From Candidatus Woesearchaeota archaeon (lineage in GTDB: Archaea > Nanobdellota > Nanobdellia > Woesearchaeales > DSVV01), in NCBI GenBank assembly GCA_018303325.1, contig JAGVYH010000001.1, positions 24,849 through 88,848 of the forward strand: a stretch of DNA of 64,000 nt. Direction: 5' to 3'. This document shows, piece after piece, positions 17,897-28,700 of the stretch. How positions within the stretch are numbered: the first letter of the stretch is position 1; each line of letters opens with the position of its first letter. The translations under genes and the position numbers were made by a program. Under the pieces are notes generated by a model. The model saw only the letters and a list, made by a program, of their open reading frames with translations, was not told the DNA's origin and ran no database searches.

Positions 17897-19318
17897 TTAG
17901 TTTTTACAGACCATTATTTGCCCAATACCGCCAGTTAGGATATCATTTTGAACATCAATCGTGAGATTATATTCACCTTTTTTAAGGTTAATTGACTCTT
18001 TTAACGGTATGTACACATCATTATGGTAAACAGAATAATTACCTATACTAATAATTCCGCTATCATCTATATACGCTGCATATATTTTTGAATAGTCTTT
18101 ATCAATGTTTATCCTTGTCGCATATATACAATTAGATAACGGTTCTTGGCTAAAATAAGGTGTTGTTATTTCATTAGCAGATTTATCTAATCTATTTTTA
18201 CACGATATATTAAACTTTTTTATATCCTGACACCCATCTTTAGCTAGATAATAGTTCTGTGAATATAGTTGTGGAATATTTGGAAGTTTTGCAGCAAAAG
18301 AAACTATAATCACAAAAATCATAAGCAATCCAATAATCTTGTAATATCTCGTCTTAAGGTGTGTGATAAATTCCAGTGAGATTAGTGATAAAAAAGGTAT
18401 CGCTACAAAGAAGTATCTTGGAAAAATTATGTTTACCAAAAGCATTAATAATAATATATAACATATTACAAAATATTTCAGATAATTTACTAACCTCTGT
18501 CTTGTATAGTAAAACAATGCAGTTAACGATAATACGCAGAATAAGGGATTAAAATAATATATTATATTAAACAACAGCTCTTTATTGAACATAATTGTGG
18601 TTGGATTAATTTTCATAACAATAAAATTAAACGACTTAAAAATAAAAAAAAGAGTTGTGATAATTATATATGGAAATAAAAAGAGAATATATCTTTTAAT
18701 AAGCATTAAATTTATTTTGTAATTATTTACTACAAAAAACATAATCAAAAAGAATAACACTAAATAAACACCAATCACCCTCGTTAATGATGCTAAACCA
18801 ACCAATATTCCTAAGATAATATAATCCATTTTGTTCTCGCTGAAATTATCATTGGTAATCTTTCTAAAATAAAAGTATAAAGATAATATTACAAAGAAGA
18901 TAAATAATGTGTCCGTGAATAATAATGAAGAAAGAGTAATGGTTTCAGGATTGGTTAAAAATAAGAGGGTCGTTAGTATAGAGTATTTATCGTCCATAAT
19001 CAAACGTGATAATTTAAATAGAAAAAATACAGAGAGAGACATAAAAAAAGCATTAATCATTCTTAATATTATCAATACAGATTTAAAAAATGATAAAATA
19101 AGAGGATATAAGACACTTGATGTATGTTCAAACCAAACAAACTCACCACTCTTAAGATACTGCGCTTGAAAATAGTAAAAAACTTCATCGCCGGTAAGAG
19201 TGTCATGTGGTGTATTAAATAGGATTACAAAAGTATACAAAACAAAAGCAATTATTGCTAGTCCAATACCTATCTTGTTATCACTTATTTTTTGTTTAAT
19301 ATTATTTAAATTATTCAT
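17897..19318 (-). CDS. GT-C type membrane glycosyltransferase (PMT/ArnT, GT39/GT83-like)
   Basis: Polytopic membrane protein with an N-terminal D-E containing loop (TLTGDEVFYYFQAQ) and an ArnT-like topology. Confidence 0.5.
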   Translation of the reverse strand: MNNLNNIKQKISDNKIGIGLAIIAFVLYTFVILFNTPHDTLTGDEVFYYFQAQYLKSGEFVWFEHTSSVLYPLILSFFKSVLIILRMINAFFMSLSVFFLFKLSRLIMDDKYSILTTLLFLTNPETITLSSLLFTDTLFIFFVILSLYFYFRKITNDNFSENKMDYIILGILVGLASLTRVIGVYLVLFFLIMFFVVNNYKINLMLIKRYILFLFPYIIITTLFFIFKSFNFIVMKINPTTIMFNKELLFNIIYYFNPLFCVLSLTALFYYTRQRLVNYLKYFVICYILLLMLLVNIIFPRYFFVAIPFLSLISLEFITHLKTRYYKIIGLLMIFVIIVSFAAKLPNIPQLYSQNYYLAKDGCQDIKKFNISCKNRLDKSANEITTPYFSQEPLSNCIYATRINIDKDYSKIYAAYIDDSGIISIGNYSVYHNDVYIPLKESINLKKGEYNLTIDVQNDILTGGIGQIMVCKN

Positions 19319-19322
19319 TAAT

Positions 19323-21374
19323 CTACACCTTTAGTTGAGAATTGTTAAAATTACTGATAACAAGAGTAATAAACCAAATTAATCCAATTAAACTTAATAT
19401 AATCCCTACATAATCAATGAGGATCATCTTGTATACTATCTCAATCTCGCCTTTAGCATATATAAGCATTAAATAAGGTGTTGCTTTGAAAACCTCTATT
19501 TCTTTTTTATTACCTGCATTGTCATAAACATATGCTTTCCAATTTAGGAAATAGGTCATTTTTATTAAAATTGGAACCTTTTCTTCTGAGTCAACAAAAA
19601 ATCGAATATAATCTTCATTCTTTGTTTTTTTAATATATGTAATCTTTTCTTCTCCATTTCCTTTCAATTTGGGTAATTTTTCATGATTATGATTAAATAC
19701 TTTTACTCTAAGATTATCATAAGACAAAAACCATTTTATGCTTTCATAATCCCAATATAATTTTTTATCATTCTCTTCCAAAGAAAGTTCTTGTGGTGTA
19801 TAATTTAATACCTCAATCATTGAGGAATTATCTATTTGATATAATGAATAATTTAATCCCTTATATTTTACATCTGCCTCTTTAACAAGAGTTAATTGTT
19901 CATATTCTGTGTAACTGTCATTAAAATTCTCTAATGGTTTTGCAGATAAAAGATAGTTCACATTGTATAATCTTAATTGATTTTTTAGAATATCTTTTGT
20001 GATGTTAGGATTATCAGTATATGTGCCCCATTGTATATAGCTTCCATTAAATGCTATTCTAATATCCTGCAGATATCTTCCATTTGGAGATGATTCAACA
20101 AATAACCCAATAGTTCCTTTGTTTTTCGTCATCATTACATATTGATGTTCAGAAAGATGCACTGAAGATTGCTCTCCAATCTCCACCAAACTTAATGTTC
20201 TTCCATCTGCCAGATTATTTAAGTTACTAAATTCTGACATATCCACGTCTTTAACTCCTTTAGGTATTGTTTGAGGAATACTTATCTTAAGGGAGATAAA
20301 ACAAATAAGAACAACAACGAGAAGTATAATATTCCAGTCTACTCTATGTATGTGCTTGTCTAATATCTCTAATATAAAAACAAGCATAATAGGAATAAAC
20401 AAATAAAAAAAGAGAAAAAATCTGTAATAATGAATAGATATACCTAACAATCTTCCACCAACAATGAAGAATAACAAACATAACAAAAAGATGATGATTG
20501 GAATATATTTTTGTTCATAATAAAAACAAACTAAAAGGATAAGAATAAGAAAAATTACAGAAATAATAAATAAGAGTAGTGGAAAATATGCTCCAATTGT
20601 TATTGAGGTTAGATATTTTAACTTAAATATAAATGGAATTGTCCAGAATGAAGTTAGTAATCCAGTTAATATTAAATGCTTGCACATAAACATTGCCTTT
20701 TCTCTTTTAAGCCATAGTACATAAACAAAAAATGAGAAAAAGACAAAGAAAGCAGCTAATGCAGTAAAGATGTGTGTTAAAATAATTAAACTGAATAAGA
20801 CACTAATCAAAATATATTCTTTGTTTTCTTTCTTTTCAAGAGATGTATTTAAGATAGAAACATAAAAGAAAAATATATGTAAGGCCATAATGTTTGTAAC
20901 CAAACCAACATTAAAAATTCCTTTATAACTTCCACCAATGCCTTGTTCCAGAATATATAATATAGAAAACATAATCAATGTGATTATAGAGGATTTTAGT
21001 TTATCCCATTTAAAGCTTCTCGCAAAATAATAGAAAGAAAATGGAATCAACACTAATGTTATTACAATAGTAAGCTTAAATGCCCATTCTAATCCAAAAA
21101 TATAACTTAATGCCGCTGTTAAATATGAATGCAATGGAGGATAAAATTGATTTTGTGGGTATCCTGCATAAAACATATGATTCCACCCAAAAACGTGAGG
21201 AAATAAATATTCTTTAGTAAACCATGCAGAAAAATAATGTCCAGCCATATCCCAAACAAAAAGATTATTATACCTCAAAAAAGGAATAATTTGAAATACC
21301 AAAATTATTAATTGAATAAAACCAAGCAGGATTAGATAAAAATATTTTTCTAAGAAATATTTAAATGAGTTCAT
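19323..21374 (-). CDS. Large polytopic membrane protein with a C-terminal extracytoplasmic domain (YfhO/DUF2079-like; a putative GT-C glycosyltransferase, not AglB)
   Basis: At least 12 predicted TM helices followed by a soluble domain of about 300 aa and a terminal TM. No WWDYG motif is present. Confidence 0.45.
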   Translation of the reverse strand: MNSFKYFLEKYFYLILLGFIQLIILVFQIIPFLRYNNLFVWDMAGHYFSAWFTKEYLFPHVFGWNHMFYAGYPQNQFYPPLHSYLTAALSYIFGLEWAFKLTIVITLVLIPFSFYYFARSFKWDKLKSSIITLIMFSILYILEQGIGGSYKGIFNVGLVTNIMALHIFFFYVSILNTSLEKKENKEYILISVLFSLIILTHIFTALAAFFVFFSFFVYVLWLKREKAMFMCKHLILTGLLTSFWTIPFIFKLKYLTSITIGAYFPLLLFIISVIFLILILLVCFYYEQKYIPIIIFLLCLLFFIVGGRLLGISIHYYRFFLFFYLFIPIMLVFILEILDKHIHRVDWNIILLVVVLICFISLKISIPQTIPKGVKDVDMSEFSNLNNLADGRTLSLVEIGEQSSVHLSEHQYVMMTKNKGTIGLFVESSPNGRYLQDIRIAFNGSYIQWGTYTDNPNITKDILKNQLRLYNVNYLLSAKPLENFNDSYTEYEQLTLVKEADVKYKGLNYSLYQIDNSSMIEVLNYTPQELSLEENDKKLYWDYESIKWFLSYDNLRVKVFNHNHEKLPKLKGNGEEKITYIKKTKNEDYIRFFVDSEEKVPILIKMTYFLNWKAYVYDNAGNKKEIEVFKATPYLMLIYAKGEIEIVYKMILIDYVGIILSLIGLIWFITLVISNFNNSQLKV

Positions 21375-21385
21375 GATATCCTTAT

Positions 21386-21943
21386 TTATTTTGCATCATT
21401 AATGTTTCCATTACCACTTCCAGAGCCAGTTCCACTTCCAGTAAATTGTGACAAAAGAGGATTCATACAATCTACACATACTTCTAAACTAACTGATAAT
21501 TGTTGTGTAGTAGTGTCATAAGATCCAACTATTAGTTTATACCATACACCATTATATAAAAATGTGTTTTCACTATTTGGTTCAACATTTGTAAGCATAT
21601 TATTTTGGTCTAATGTTATTTGTGTCGCCTTCCCCACCACCACATCACCATACTTCACCAACATCAATACACCTAATAGTATTATCAGTATCAGCGCAGC
21701 ATACAGGAATATTCCCCAGTAATGTATCTGGGTTTGCGGATTGGTAACGCTTACTGGTGTTTTGGGCGCTTTTGATTTGGTTTGCGCTCTTGTAAAGCTT
21801 ACTGAGGTTTTGGGCGCTTTTATTCGAGTTTGTTGATTAACGCTTAATGGAGTTTGTGGCGCTGTTATCTTGGTTTGTTTAGAAAGATTTAATTTCTTTA
21901 CTTGTGTTTGTTTTATTTTAGCCTTTTTTAGTATAATATTCAT
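21386..21943 (-). CDS. Small N-terminally anchored secreted protein ending in a Gly/Ser tract and NDAK; paralogue of 16585..17046
   Basis: C-terminus TGSGTGSGSGNGNINDAK. TM YWGIFLYAALILIILLGVLML. The N-terminus is Lys/Thr/Pro-repeat rich. Confidence 0.55.
   Translation of the reverse strand: MNIILKKAKIKQTQVKKLNLSKQTKITAPQTPLSVNQQTRIKAPKTSVSFTRAQTKSKAPKTPVSVTNPQTQIHYWGIFLYAALILIILLGVLMLVKYGDVVVGKATQITLDQNNMLTNVEPNSENTFLYNGVWYKLIVGSYDTTTQQLSVSLEVCVDCMNPLLSQFTGSGTGSGSGNGNINDAK
21629..21922. repeat. Direct repeat, copy 1 (294 bp), covering the 5' half of gene 21386..21943. Copy 2 lies at 23717..23962.
   Basis: Near-identical sequence. Copy 2 lacks one 48-bp internal unit. Confidence 0.85.
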
Positions 21944-22121
21944 TTATTTTATTTATTCATTTATATATCTTTTTATTATTTTTTTTAATTTTTATATTAC
22001 TTCATTGTATTTCTGGCATTAAAAGAGGGTATCAATAAAAATTTACGTCACTTACTATACATACAAAAACAACCGAAAGATTTATATATTATATGTAATA
22101 AACATTACCTATTAAGTATTA

Positions 22122-22922
22122 ATGATGACAAAAAAAACAAGAAAAGGATTAGGAGAGAAATCTGCGATAGTATTATCTACACTCTCTGAAAAAAACAAGA
22201 ATATCTTTAATGTAGATGATGTTGCAGCGATTCTTCATGAGAAAAGATCGTCAATAATTAAACTTCTTCATGATTTAACTAAGAAAAGATGGCTTTTTCG
22301 CATAAGTAAAGGAATATATCTTATTCTCCCATTAGAAGCTGGGGCAATGCCAAAGTTTACTGAACATGAATTTATACTTGCATCCAGACTAATTTCACCA
22401 TATTACATCTCTTATTGGTCAGCTCTGAATTATTATGGCTTAACTGAACAGGTCTCCAAAACTATTTTCATCGCTACACTTAAAAGAAAATTAGAAAAGG
22501 AAATAATGGGATTAAAATTCAGGTTTATCACCCTCAACAAAAATAAATTTTTTGGATTCAAAGCGATGCAGTTAAACAATCATATTATCAAAATCGCAGA
22601 AGTAGAAAAAGCTATTATTGATTGTTTGGATTTGCCTCGAAATTGCGGGGGGATAGTTGAAGTAATTAAAGCTATTGATGAAGCTAAAAAAGAAATAGAT
22701 TTTAATAAATTAATAGCTTACGCAAAAAAAATGCAGAATGCAGCAATTCTTAATCGTTTGGGATATATATTAGAATTATTAGGGATTAAAGCTAATATAA
22801 AGCCAAGCAAACATTATGTTATGCTTGATACTATCAGTAAAAAGAAAGGAATATATAACAAAAAATGGAAAATTGTTGAGAATGTTTCAAGGGAAGAACT
22901 ATTATCTTGGAGGGAGCATTAA
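22122..22922 (+). CDS. abiEi: AbiEi-family antitoxin/transcriptional regulator (type IV TA)
   Basis: The architecture and size fit, it overlaps the downstream AbiEii gene, and it is similar to the other two AbiEi-like ORFs at 32838 and 61752. Confidence 0.6.
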   Translation: MMTKKTRKGLGEKSAIVLSTLSEKNKNIFNVDDVAAILHEKRSSIIKLLHDLTKKRWLFRISKGIYLILPLEAGAMPKFTEHEFILASRLISPYYISYWSALNYYGLTEQVSKTIFIATLKRKLEKEIMGLKFRFITLNKNKFFGFKAMQLNNHIIKIAEVEKAIIDCLDLPRNCGGIVEVIKAIDEAKKEIDFNKLIAYAKKMQNAAILNRLGYILELLGIKANIKPSKHYVMLDTISKKKGIYNKKWKIVENVSREELLSWREH

Positions 22923-23713
22923 TGATACCTCTTGCTGAACTAAAACGGATTGCTGCTAAGAATAGTGTAGCTTTAAGTGTAGTTGAGAAAGATTATGCGA
23001 TTACATGGATATTATATGCTTTGGCAGAAACAATGTTCAAAGAGTGTTTTATTTTTAAAGGGGGTACTGCATTAAGAAAAGTATATTTCCCTGCATGGCG
23101 CTACTCTGAAGATTTAGATTTTACAGCAACTAAACTTTTGAATGAAATAGAAGTTAAAGAATTAATTAGCTCAGTTAATTACTATCTTTATGAAAAAATT
23201 AAGATGAGTATAACATATAAATCTTTGTATCTTAATCCAGAATATGCTCAGCTTAAAATTCAGTTTTTGGGACCATTAAATCGCGAAAATACTATAAAGC
23301 TAGATATCAGCTTTAGTGAATTCCTAGTTTTGCCACCAGAAAATAAGCTTATCCACTCAGAATATTCAGATAAAGAAAAACACTTCTTGTATGTTTATTC
23401 ATTGGAAGAAAGCTTAGCAGAAAAAATTAGAAGTATTTTACAGCGAGGAAAAACAAGAGATTATTATGATGTATGGAGAATATTAAAGTGGCATTATAAG
23501 TTGATAAATAAAACAAAAACCAAAGAAATTTTAAATCAAAAGTGCAAATTCAAAAATATTATATGTAATGAAAAACTTCTTTTTGGCCAAGAAAAAGTGG
23601 ATAATGCAAAAAAACATTGGGAAAAAGGATTAGGATACCAAATTAATGATTTACCAGATTTTGATATTGTTATAACTGAATGTAAATACTTACTAATGCA
23701 ATTTTTGAAGTGA
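22907..23713 (+). CDS. abiEii: AbiEii/AbiGii-family nucleotidyltransferase toxin
   Basis: Motif FKGGTALRKVYFPAWRYSEDLDF. Confidence 0.75.
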   Translation: MEGALMIPLAELKRIAAKNSVALSVVEKDYAITWILYALAETMFKECFIFKGGTALRKVYFPAWRYSEDLDFTATKLLNEIEVKELISSVNYYLYEKIKMSITYKSLYLNPEYAQLKIQFLGPLNRENTIKLDISFSEFLVLPPENKLIHSEYSDKEKHFLYVYSLEESLAEKIRSILQRGKTRDYYDVWRILKWHYKLINKTKTKEILNQKCKFKNIICNEKLLFGQEKVDNAKKHWEKGLGYQINDLPDFDIVITECKYLLMQFLK

Positions 23714-23716
23714 CCT

Positions 23717-23962
23717 CTTCCCCACCACCACATCACCATACTTCACCAACATCAATACACCTAATAGTATTATCAGTATCAACGCAGCATACAGGAATAT
23801 TCCCCAGTAATGTATCTGGGTTTGCGGATTGGTAACGCTTACTGGTGTTTTTGGCGCTTTTGTTCGAGTTTGTTGATTAACGCTTAATGGAGTTTGTGGC
23901 GCTGTTATCTTGGTTTGTTTAGAAAGATTTAATTTCTTTACTTGTGTTTGTTTTATTTTAGC
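23717..23962 (-). pseudogene. Duplicated 5' fragment (promoter-proximal region and N-terminal codons, but no start codon) of the 185-aa NDAK-protein gene; copy 2 of the direct repeat
   Basis: About 95% identical to 21629-21922. It diverges just before the ATG. Confidence 0.7.
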
Positions 23963-24118
23963 ATTTTATTTATTTATTTATATATTTTTATGTTATTTTT
24001 CATTCTTCATAGTTTTGGCATTAAAAAATGATACTAAATAGAAATATTTAAATAATAGTATGCATTCATACTGCATAATTTACATAAAAAGTATGCAGTG
24101 GTGATTTTGGGGATTATA

Positions 24119-24158
24119 TATTCACTTACTGAATATTTAATTATTCACTTAGTGAATA
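24119..24158. promoter_or_regulatory. Pair of 17-bp palindromes (tattcacttactgaata and tattcacttagtgaata) downstream of the ATPase gene. A matching pair sits at 25639-25669 just upstream of its start codon.
   Basis: The palindromes are read directly from the sequence. Four sites in all bracket the gene in inverted orientation. Confidence 0.7.
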
Positions 24159-24161
24159 TAT

Positions 24162-24190
24162 AGCAAAGCTGACAATTTAAGAGCATGCCC
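24162..24190. repeat. Partial (3' half) copy of the imperfect-palindrome module, family P
   Basis: agcaaagctgacaatttaagagcatgcc matches the 3' arm of 34367-34500. Confidence 0.55.
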
Positions 24191-24205
24191 AATACATAAC
24201 TTTTT

Positions 24206-25630
24206 TTATTGCCTTCTCAGCTCTTTTGCCATATCCTTTAGGTCAAATAAAAGAACATTTTTCTGCCCAACTTTTTTCTTAAATGATTTTGCAATGATGC
24301 AAAAATGCTCTTCCCGTTTATTTTTATGCCAGTTTACATAAGCAGATTTCTCTTTCAATTGTTTCAATATTTCTTCTGCGTCTACATTCTCTTTCCATTT
24401 GCATTCTACAAACAGTATTTTGCCCTGCTTTGAAACACCCAAAAAATCAATTTCTATTTCTTTTCTCTCATCCCATTCACGCTTATATCCCCACCAATTG
24501 CTGAGATATTCAATAGTGAATGGCAGTTTTTTATTTGTGTTAAGATGAATAAGAAACTCCCTGCATATCTCTTCAAATCTTCGCCCAAAAAAAGCATTAA
24601 ATTGGTGCGTTATATTTTCAATTAATTGCTCAGTATTCTGCAATGAATAATAAGAAAACTGGTCATAGACAAAAACAAACCAAAATTCTATTAATGGGTG
24701 ATTCAGAAAATACCTTGTGTTTTTTTTGTTATCTATTGGTTTTACTGATTTTATTAAGCTAAATCTCTCTTCAAGCTCGCGCAAATGCCTTGTTATTGAG
24801 CTTTCTTTCATATGAACATTGCTGGCAATTTCATTTAATTTTGCTTTTCCTACAGCAATAGAATGGATTATAGAATAATATAAAGAGCTGCGTTTACCAA
24901 ATTCCTGTTTAAGAATATCACTAACTTCTGTTCCAAGGGGAGCGTTTTCTTGTATAAACAAATATTTGATGACACTGGCATAGTCTTTATCAAACAATTC
25001 AAACTGTTCCATAGCAGCATAATACTTAGGAAAACCGCCAAATATGCCGTAAATCCGCAGCATTTCAGCAAAATTTTTATATTTTAAAATCTGAAGTGTT
25101 TCAATGCTGTATTGGAGGGTAAACGGCTGCAGGTTTATTTTTGCTGATATTCTTCCGTAAAGAGGCTGTTTCTTATCCTCAAATATCTTTCTAAAGAGCC
25201 CAATAAGCGAGCCGAGCATGATCAAATTCAAAGGAGTTTCTTTGTATTCATCGCAATTCTTTTGAAGTATTGAGAAGACTGTTTTGTCCGCATTCTGAAA
25301 GTTTTGAAATTCATCAAAAACAATAACATATTTTTTGCATCTTGTGAATATTACCTCAAAAAAAGTATACCATGAGGTGATTGCTTCAAGAGGAGCAATA
25401 ATCTTTTGTTTCCTCAATTCTTCGCTGAATTCTCTAAGAAGTTCTAACGATGTTTTTGAGTCATAGACAAAGAAATAAAGTGCTTTCTTGTCTTTGATAA
25501 ACTCTTTTATCAATGTTGTTTTTCCTACTCTTCGCAATCCAGAGACTGCTACTGTAAAAAGCCGCTTTTGTGAAAAGCTGTAATATTCATTTAATATCTT
25601 CAATTCCTGTTTTCTATTTATGAATTTCAT
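24206..25630 (-). CDS. AAA+ ATPase of the archaeal ATPase (Arch_ATPase plus DUF234) family
   Basis: Walker A VSGLRRVGKTTL, Walker B IVFDEFQN, and a C-terminal DUF234-like region. Confidence 0.7.
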   Translation of the reverse strand: MKFINRKQELKILNEYYSFSQKRLFTVAVSGLRRVGKTTLIKEFIKDKKALYFFVYDSKTSLELLREFSEELRKQKIIAPLEAITSWYTFFEVIFTRCKKYVIVFDEFQNFQNADKTVFSILQKNCDEYKETPLNLIMLGSLIGLFRKIFEDKKQPLYGRISAKINLQPFTLQYSIETLQILKYKNFAEMLRIYGIFGGFPKYYAAMEQFELFDKDYASVIKYLFIQENAPLGTEVSDILKQEFGKRSSLYYSIIHSIAVGKAKLNEIASNVHMKESSITRHLRELEERFSLIKSVKPIDNKKNTRYFLNHPLIEFWFVFVYDQFSYYSLQNTEQLIENITHQFNAFFGRRFEEICREFLIHLNTNKKLPFTIEYLSNWWGYKREWDERKEIEIDFLGVSKQGKILFVECKWKENVDAEEILKQLKEKSAYVNWHKNKREEHFCIIAKSFKKKVGQKNVLLFDLKDMAKELRRQ

Positions 25631-25638
25631 AGATATAT

Positions 25639-25669
25639 ATTCACCTACTGAATATTCAGTTAGTGAATA
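25639..25669. promoter_or_regulatory. Two overlapping 17-bp palindromes (tattcacctactgaata and tattcagttagtgaata), 9 bp upstream of the ATPase start codon
   Basis: Read directly from the sequence. Confidence 0.7.
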
Positions 25670-25752
25670 TTTATAAAGTTTTCTGTTTTATATGATTTTA
25701 ACGTTAAGATGCCACTCTTCCTTTCCCAAACACATCATTAATTATCTCCTAT

Positions 25753-28700
25753 TTATCCTTTAAACACGCCATCAATAATCTTCTTATTCCATCCCTTTTC
25801 AAGCAATGCTTCTTTTATCGCTGTCTTGGACATGCCTCTTGATAAATAATAATTAATGTACTTTTTTAGCTGCTCATCATAAGTCTTTGGCAGCAGCTCA
25901 TGAAGAGAATTCTCAAAAAGATAATTCACTTTCTCATGCGGATATCCTTTGGCTTTAAGCGCTTCATTTATTTCATGCTTTGATTTGCCTTCATCCAGCA
26001 ATTTCTTGATTTCATCTTTGATTACATTGTCAAATTCAGTAAATATTTCTTTTTTCAGTGGCATTGGCTTGTTAGATAGTTTAGACGGCTTTCCAAACTC
26101 TGCCTCTAATTCTTTTGAAAGCTTTAAGCCCTCAATTGGCGGCAAACCTTTTAATCCTTTGAGTCCATTTAATCCTTTGCTCATTGGAGGAATTGGCTTA
26201 TGCTGGGCTTGATATTGTGAATAACCGACGTAAAACAAAACACCAATTAAAGGAATTAATAATAATAATAATAACAGCCAGTAATAATTGAATCCTTTTG
26301 GCTGCTCAAGAATAGGTGTGCATGATTTGCAAGGTCCACCACAATCAACATCTGTTTCACCCTGATTAATTATATTGTCATAACACGTTGCTTCCTGCTT
26401 ACCTTGGCATGGCGCGCAGGTTTTCCCGCCGCAATCCACGTTAGTTTCATCCTGATTTTTGAATCCGTCGTAACAGGCAGCTTGTTTGCACCAACCATTT
26501 TTACAGAATCCAGACTTGCAGTTTTCATTTACAGAACATTTCTTGTCGTCGAGACATTTAGCGCAGTTATTAGCACCAGTGCCACCAGCGCCGCCTGCAG
26601 TACTGCTGCCTCCGCAATCAACATCTGTTTCGCCCTGATTTTGTTTCTTGTCAGTGCAGGTTGCAGGGCATTGAGCAGAGCATGGCCCTCCACAGTCAAC
26701 ACCTTCTTCAAACAAATCCTTAATTTTATTGTTGCATCCTTGCGCATAACTCGGCGCATTGCCCTCGCAGGGCTCAACAAACAGTCTCATGCCGCAGTCA
26801 TTTGTAGAATTGCAGGTAAATATTTTTGTCGGATAGCTTAAATTACCCTGCAAAACACACGGCGTGTATTTATATTTGAGTTTGCATTTGTCGTCAACCA
26901 AAGGCGAGCAAGTTTTCTCATAACTTGAGCCGCCACTGCCTGTCGAAGAGGATTGTGCTGCTGTACTTTCAAATACTTTTGGAATCTCAAATTCCTTGCC
27001 TGTGTCTAAATCTAATTTTTTGAATGTTGGTTCTTTTATAGTGAATGGCGCTGACACAGCAGGTTTTGCGCCTGATAATCCTGCTGCCTTAAACGCAGTA
27101 ATTGTGTATGGATTTAAGTCTTTTTTTGTGGTTGATTGAACTTTGTCTGTAATATTCGCCAAAAGATAGAGTAATGTTAATCCGTCTTTGTCTGTGTAAG
27201 AAACATCCTTGTCGTCAACAACATTGTCTTCATTAACGTCAACCATACCTCCAAATTGATTAAGCTCGTCAGCATTGCTGGTTATCTCAATGCTTGCGCT
27301 CTCGACAGGGCTCATTGTGTCAGTGCTTTTGACGACGTTAGCTGTTAATGTCCAGTATCTTTTGATGTTGGCGTTGGCAAGCTGTTTGTCTGTATCACTT
27401 AAACTTTCGTCTGTATAAAAATAAACGTCGTCGAAGAATGTGTCGTAGAATTTGAATATTGGAACATTTGTTGACTGTAATTTAATTATAATGTCTTTGT
27501 TATTTATTGATTTCAAGAAATTTAAATTATCATCAGTTATTGCTAAGTCAATTAAGTGTTTACTATTACTTAAATTAGAGAGAGAAATTGTTGCGCTGTT
27601 AAGTTCATTATCAGCAAATGAATTATATTGGTTATTGGTTATGTTTGAATTCAATATGTAGGGAGAAGTTTTCCCTTTCACTTTTAATCCAATCAGATTA
27701 TCATAAATAATATTATTCGACAATGTAATACTTTTTATATTGAAAATGTCAACAGCAACAGTATTATCTCTTAATCCATTTCTGTCAATTACAAACATAT
27801 TTGAATCTCCTGCGGCAATTCCTGTGTTAAATTTTGAGATATTGCAGTTTGAGATTACTGCATTTTTGCCAACTGCTGAAATACCTATACTTCCTTTTGA
27901 GATTGTTTTGTCATATTCAGTTTCTGGTCCAATAATATTTACATTATTTTGGCAGATTAATGCAACCTTGTCTTTTGTGATTTTTATTGCGCCGTCATTA
28001 TTTGCATCGTTAATAGTGTAAGTTCCAGCGCAGATAAGTGTTGGTTCTGTTATTTCCATGTCGTCTGTGACTTCATTATTTACCCCCTTTTTAAAACCTT
28101 TACATACAAGACATTTTCCAAATGCGCAAGATTCTCCAGCGCCACAATCAGCGTCGTTAGTGCATGGATTATAATCACAAACACTTACAAGTTTATCATC
28201 AATTATTTTATCAGAGAGCAAGCATTTCTTTGGTGCATCGCAGTCAGTATCTGTTGTGCATACTTCTAAACCGCATAAAAATGAATTATATTCTGCTTCT
28301 AATGCATCTGTTGATATCAAAAACCCTTCATTTGTCGTCAGATAACTTTTCACTTTCCAATTGCCGCAGTCGCCGTGGATTGAGGGCAGGATTATATTTT
28401 TCTTTAAGGCTTGACCACTTGCTCCAATTACACCTTTAAGTTCGCCCCCCAATTCGAATAAGTGGGCATAGTTTGCTTGGATTTGTTCGGGAGACAGCAC
28501 TTTGTTGTAGATTTTGAACTCGTCAATGAGACCTTTGAAACCATTATCTTGTTTCATATTTTCAGTTACATATTCTTTTGGAAACGTTCCTAAGTACAAT
28601 CCATTATTATTAAATATTAAATCTTCATTGCCTGTAAAATCATCATTATCTACATTTGTTATTTTAACATTATCAACATAAAATTCTAATTTACTTGTTG

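Noticed and set aside
19323-21374. AglB/STT3 oligosaccharyltransferase assignment
   Set aside because: The topology resembles AglB, but the diagnostic WWDYG motif is absent (only YWDYE is present). I kept it as a generic GT-C/YfhO-like membrane protein.
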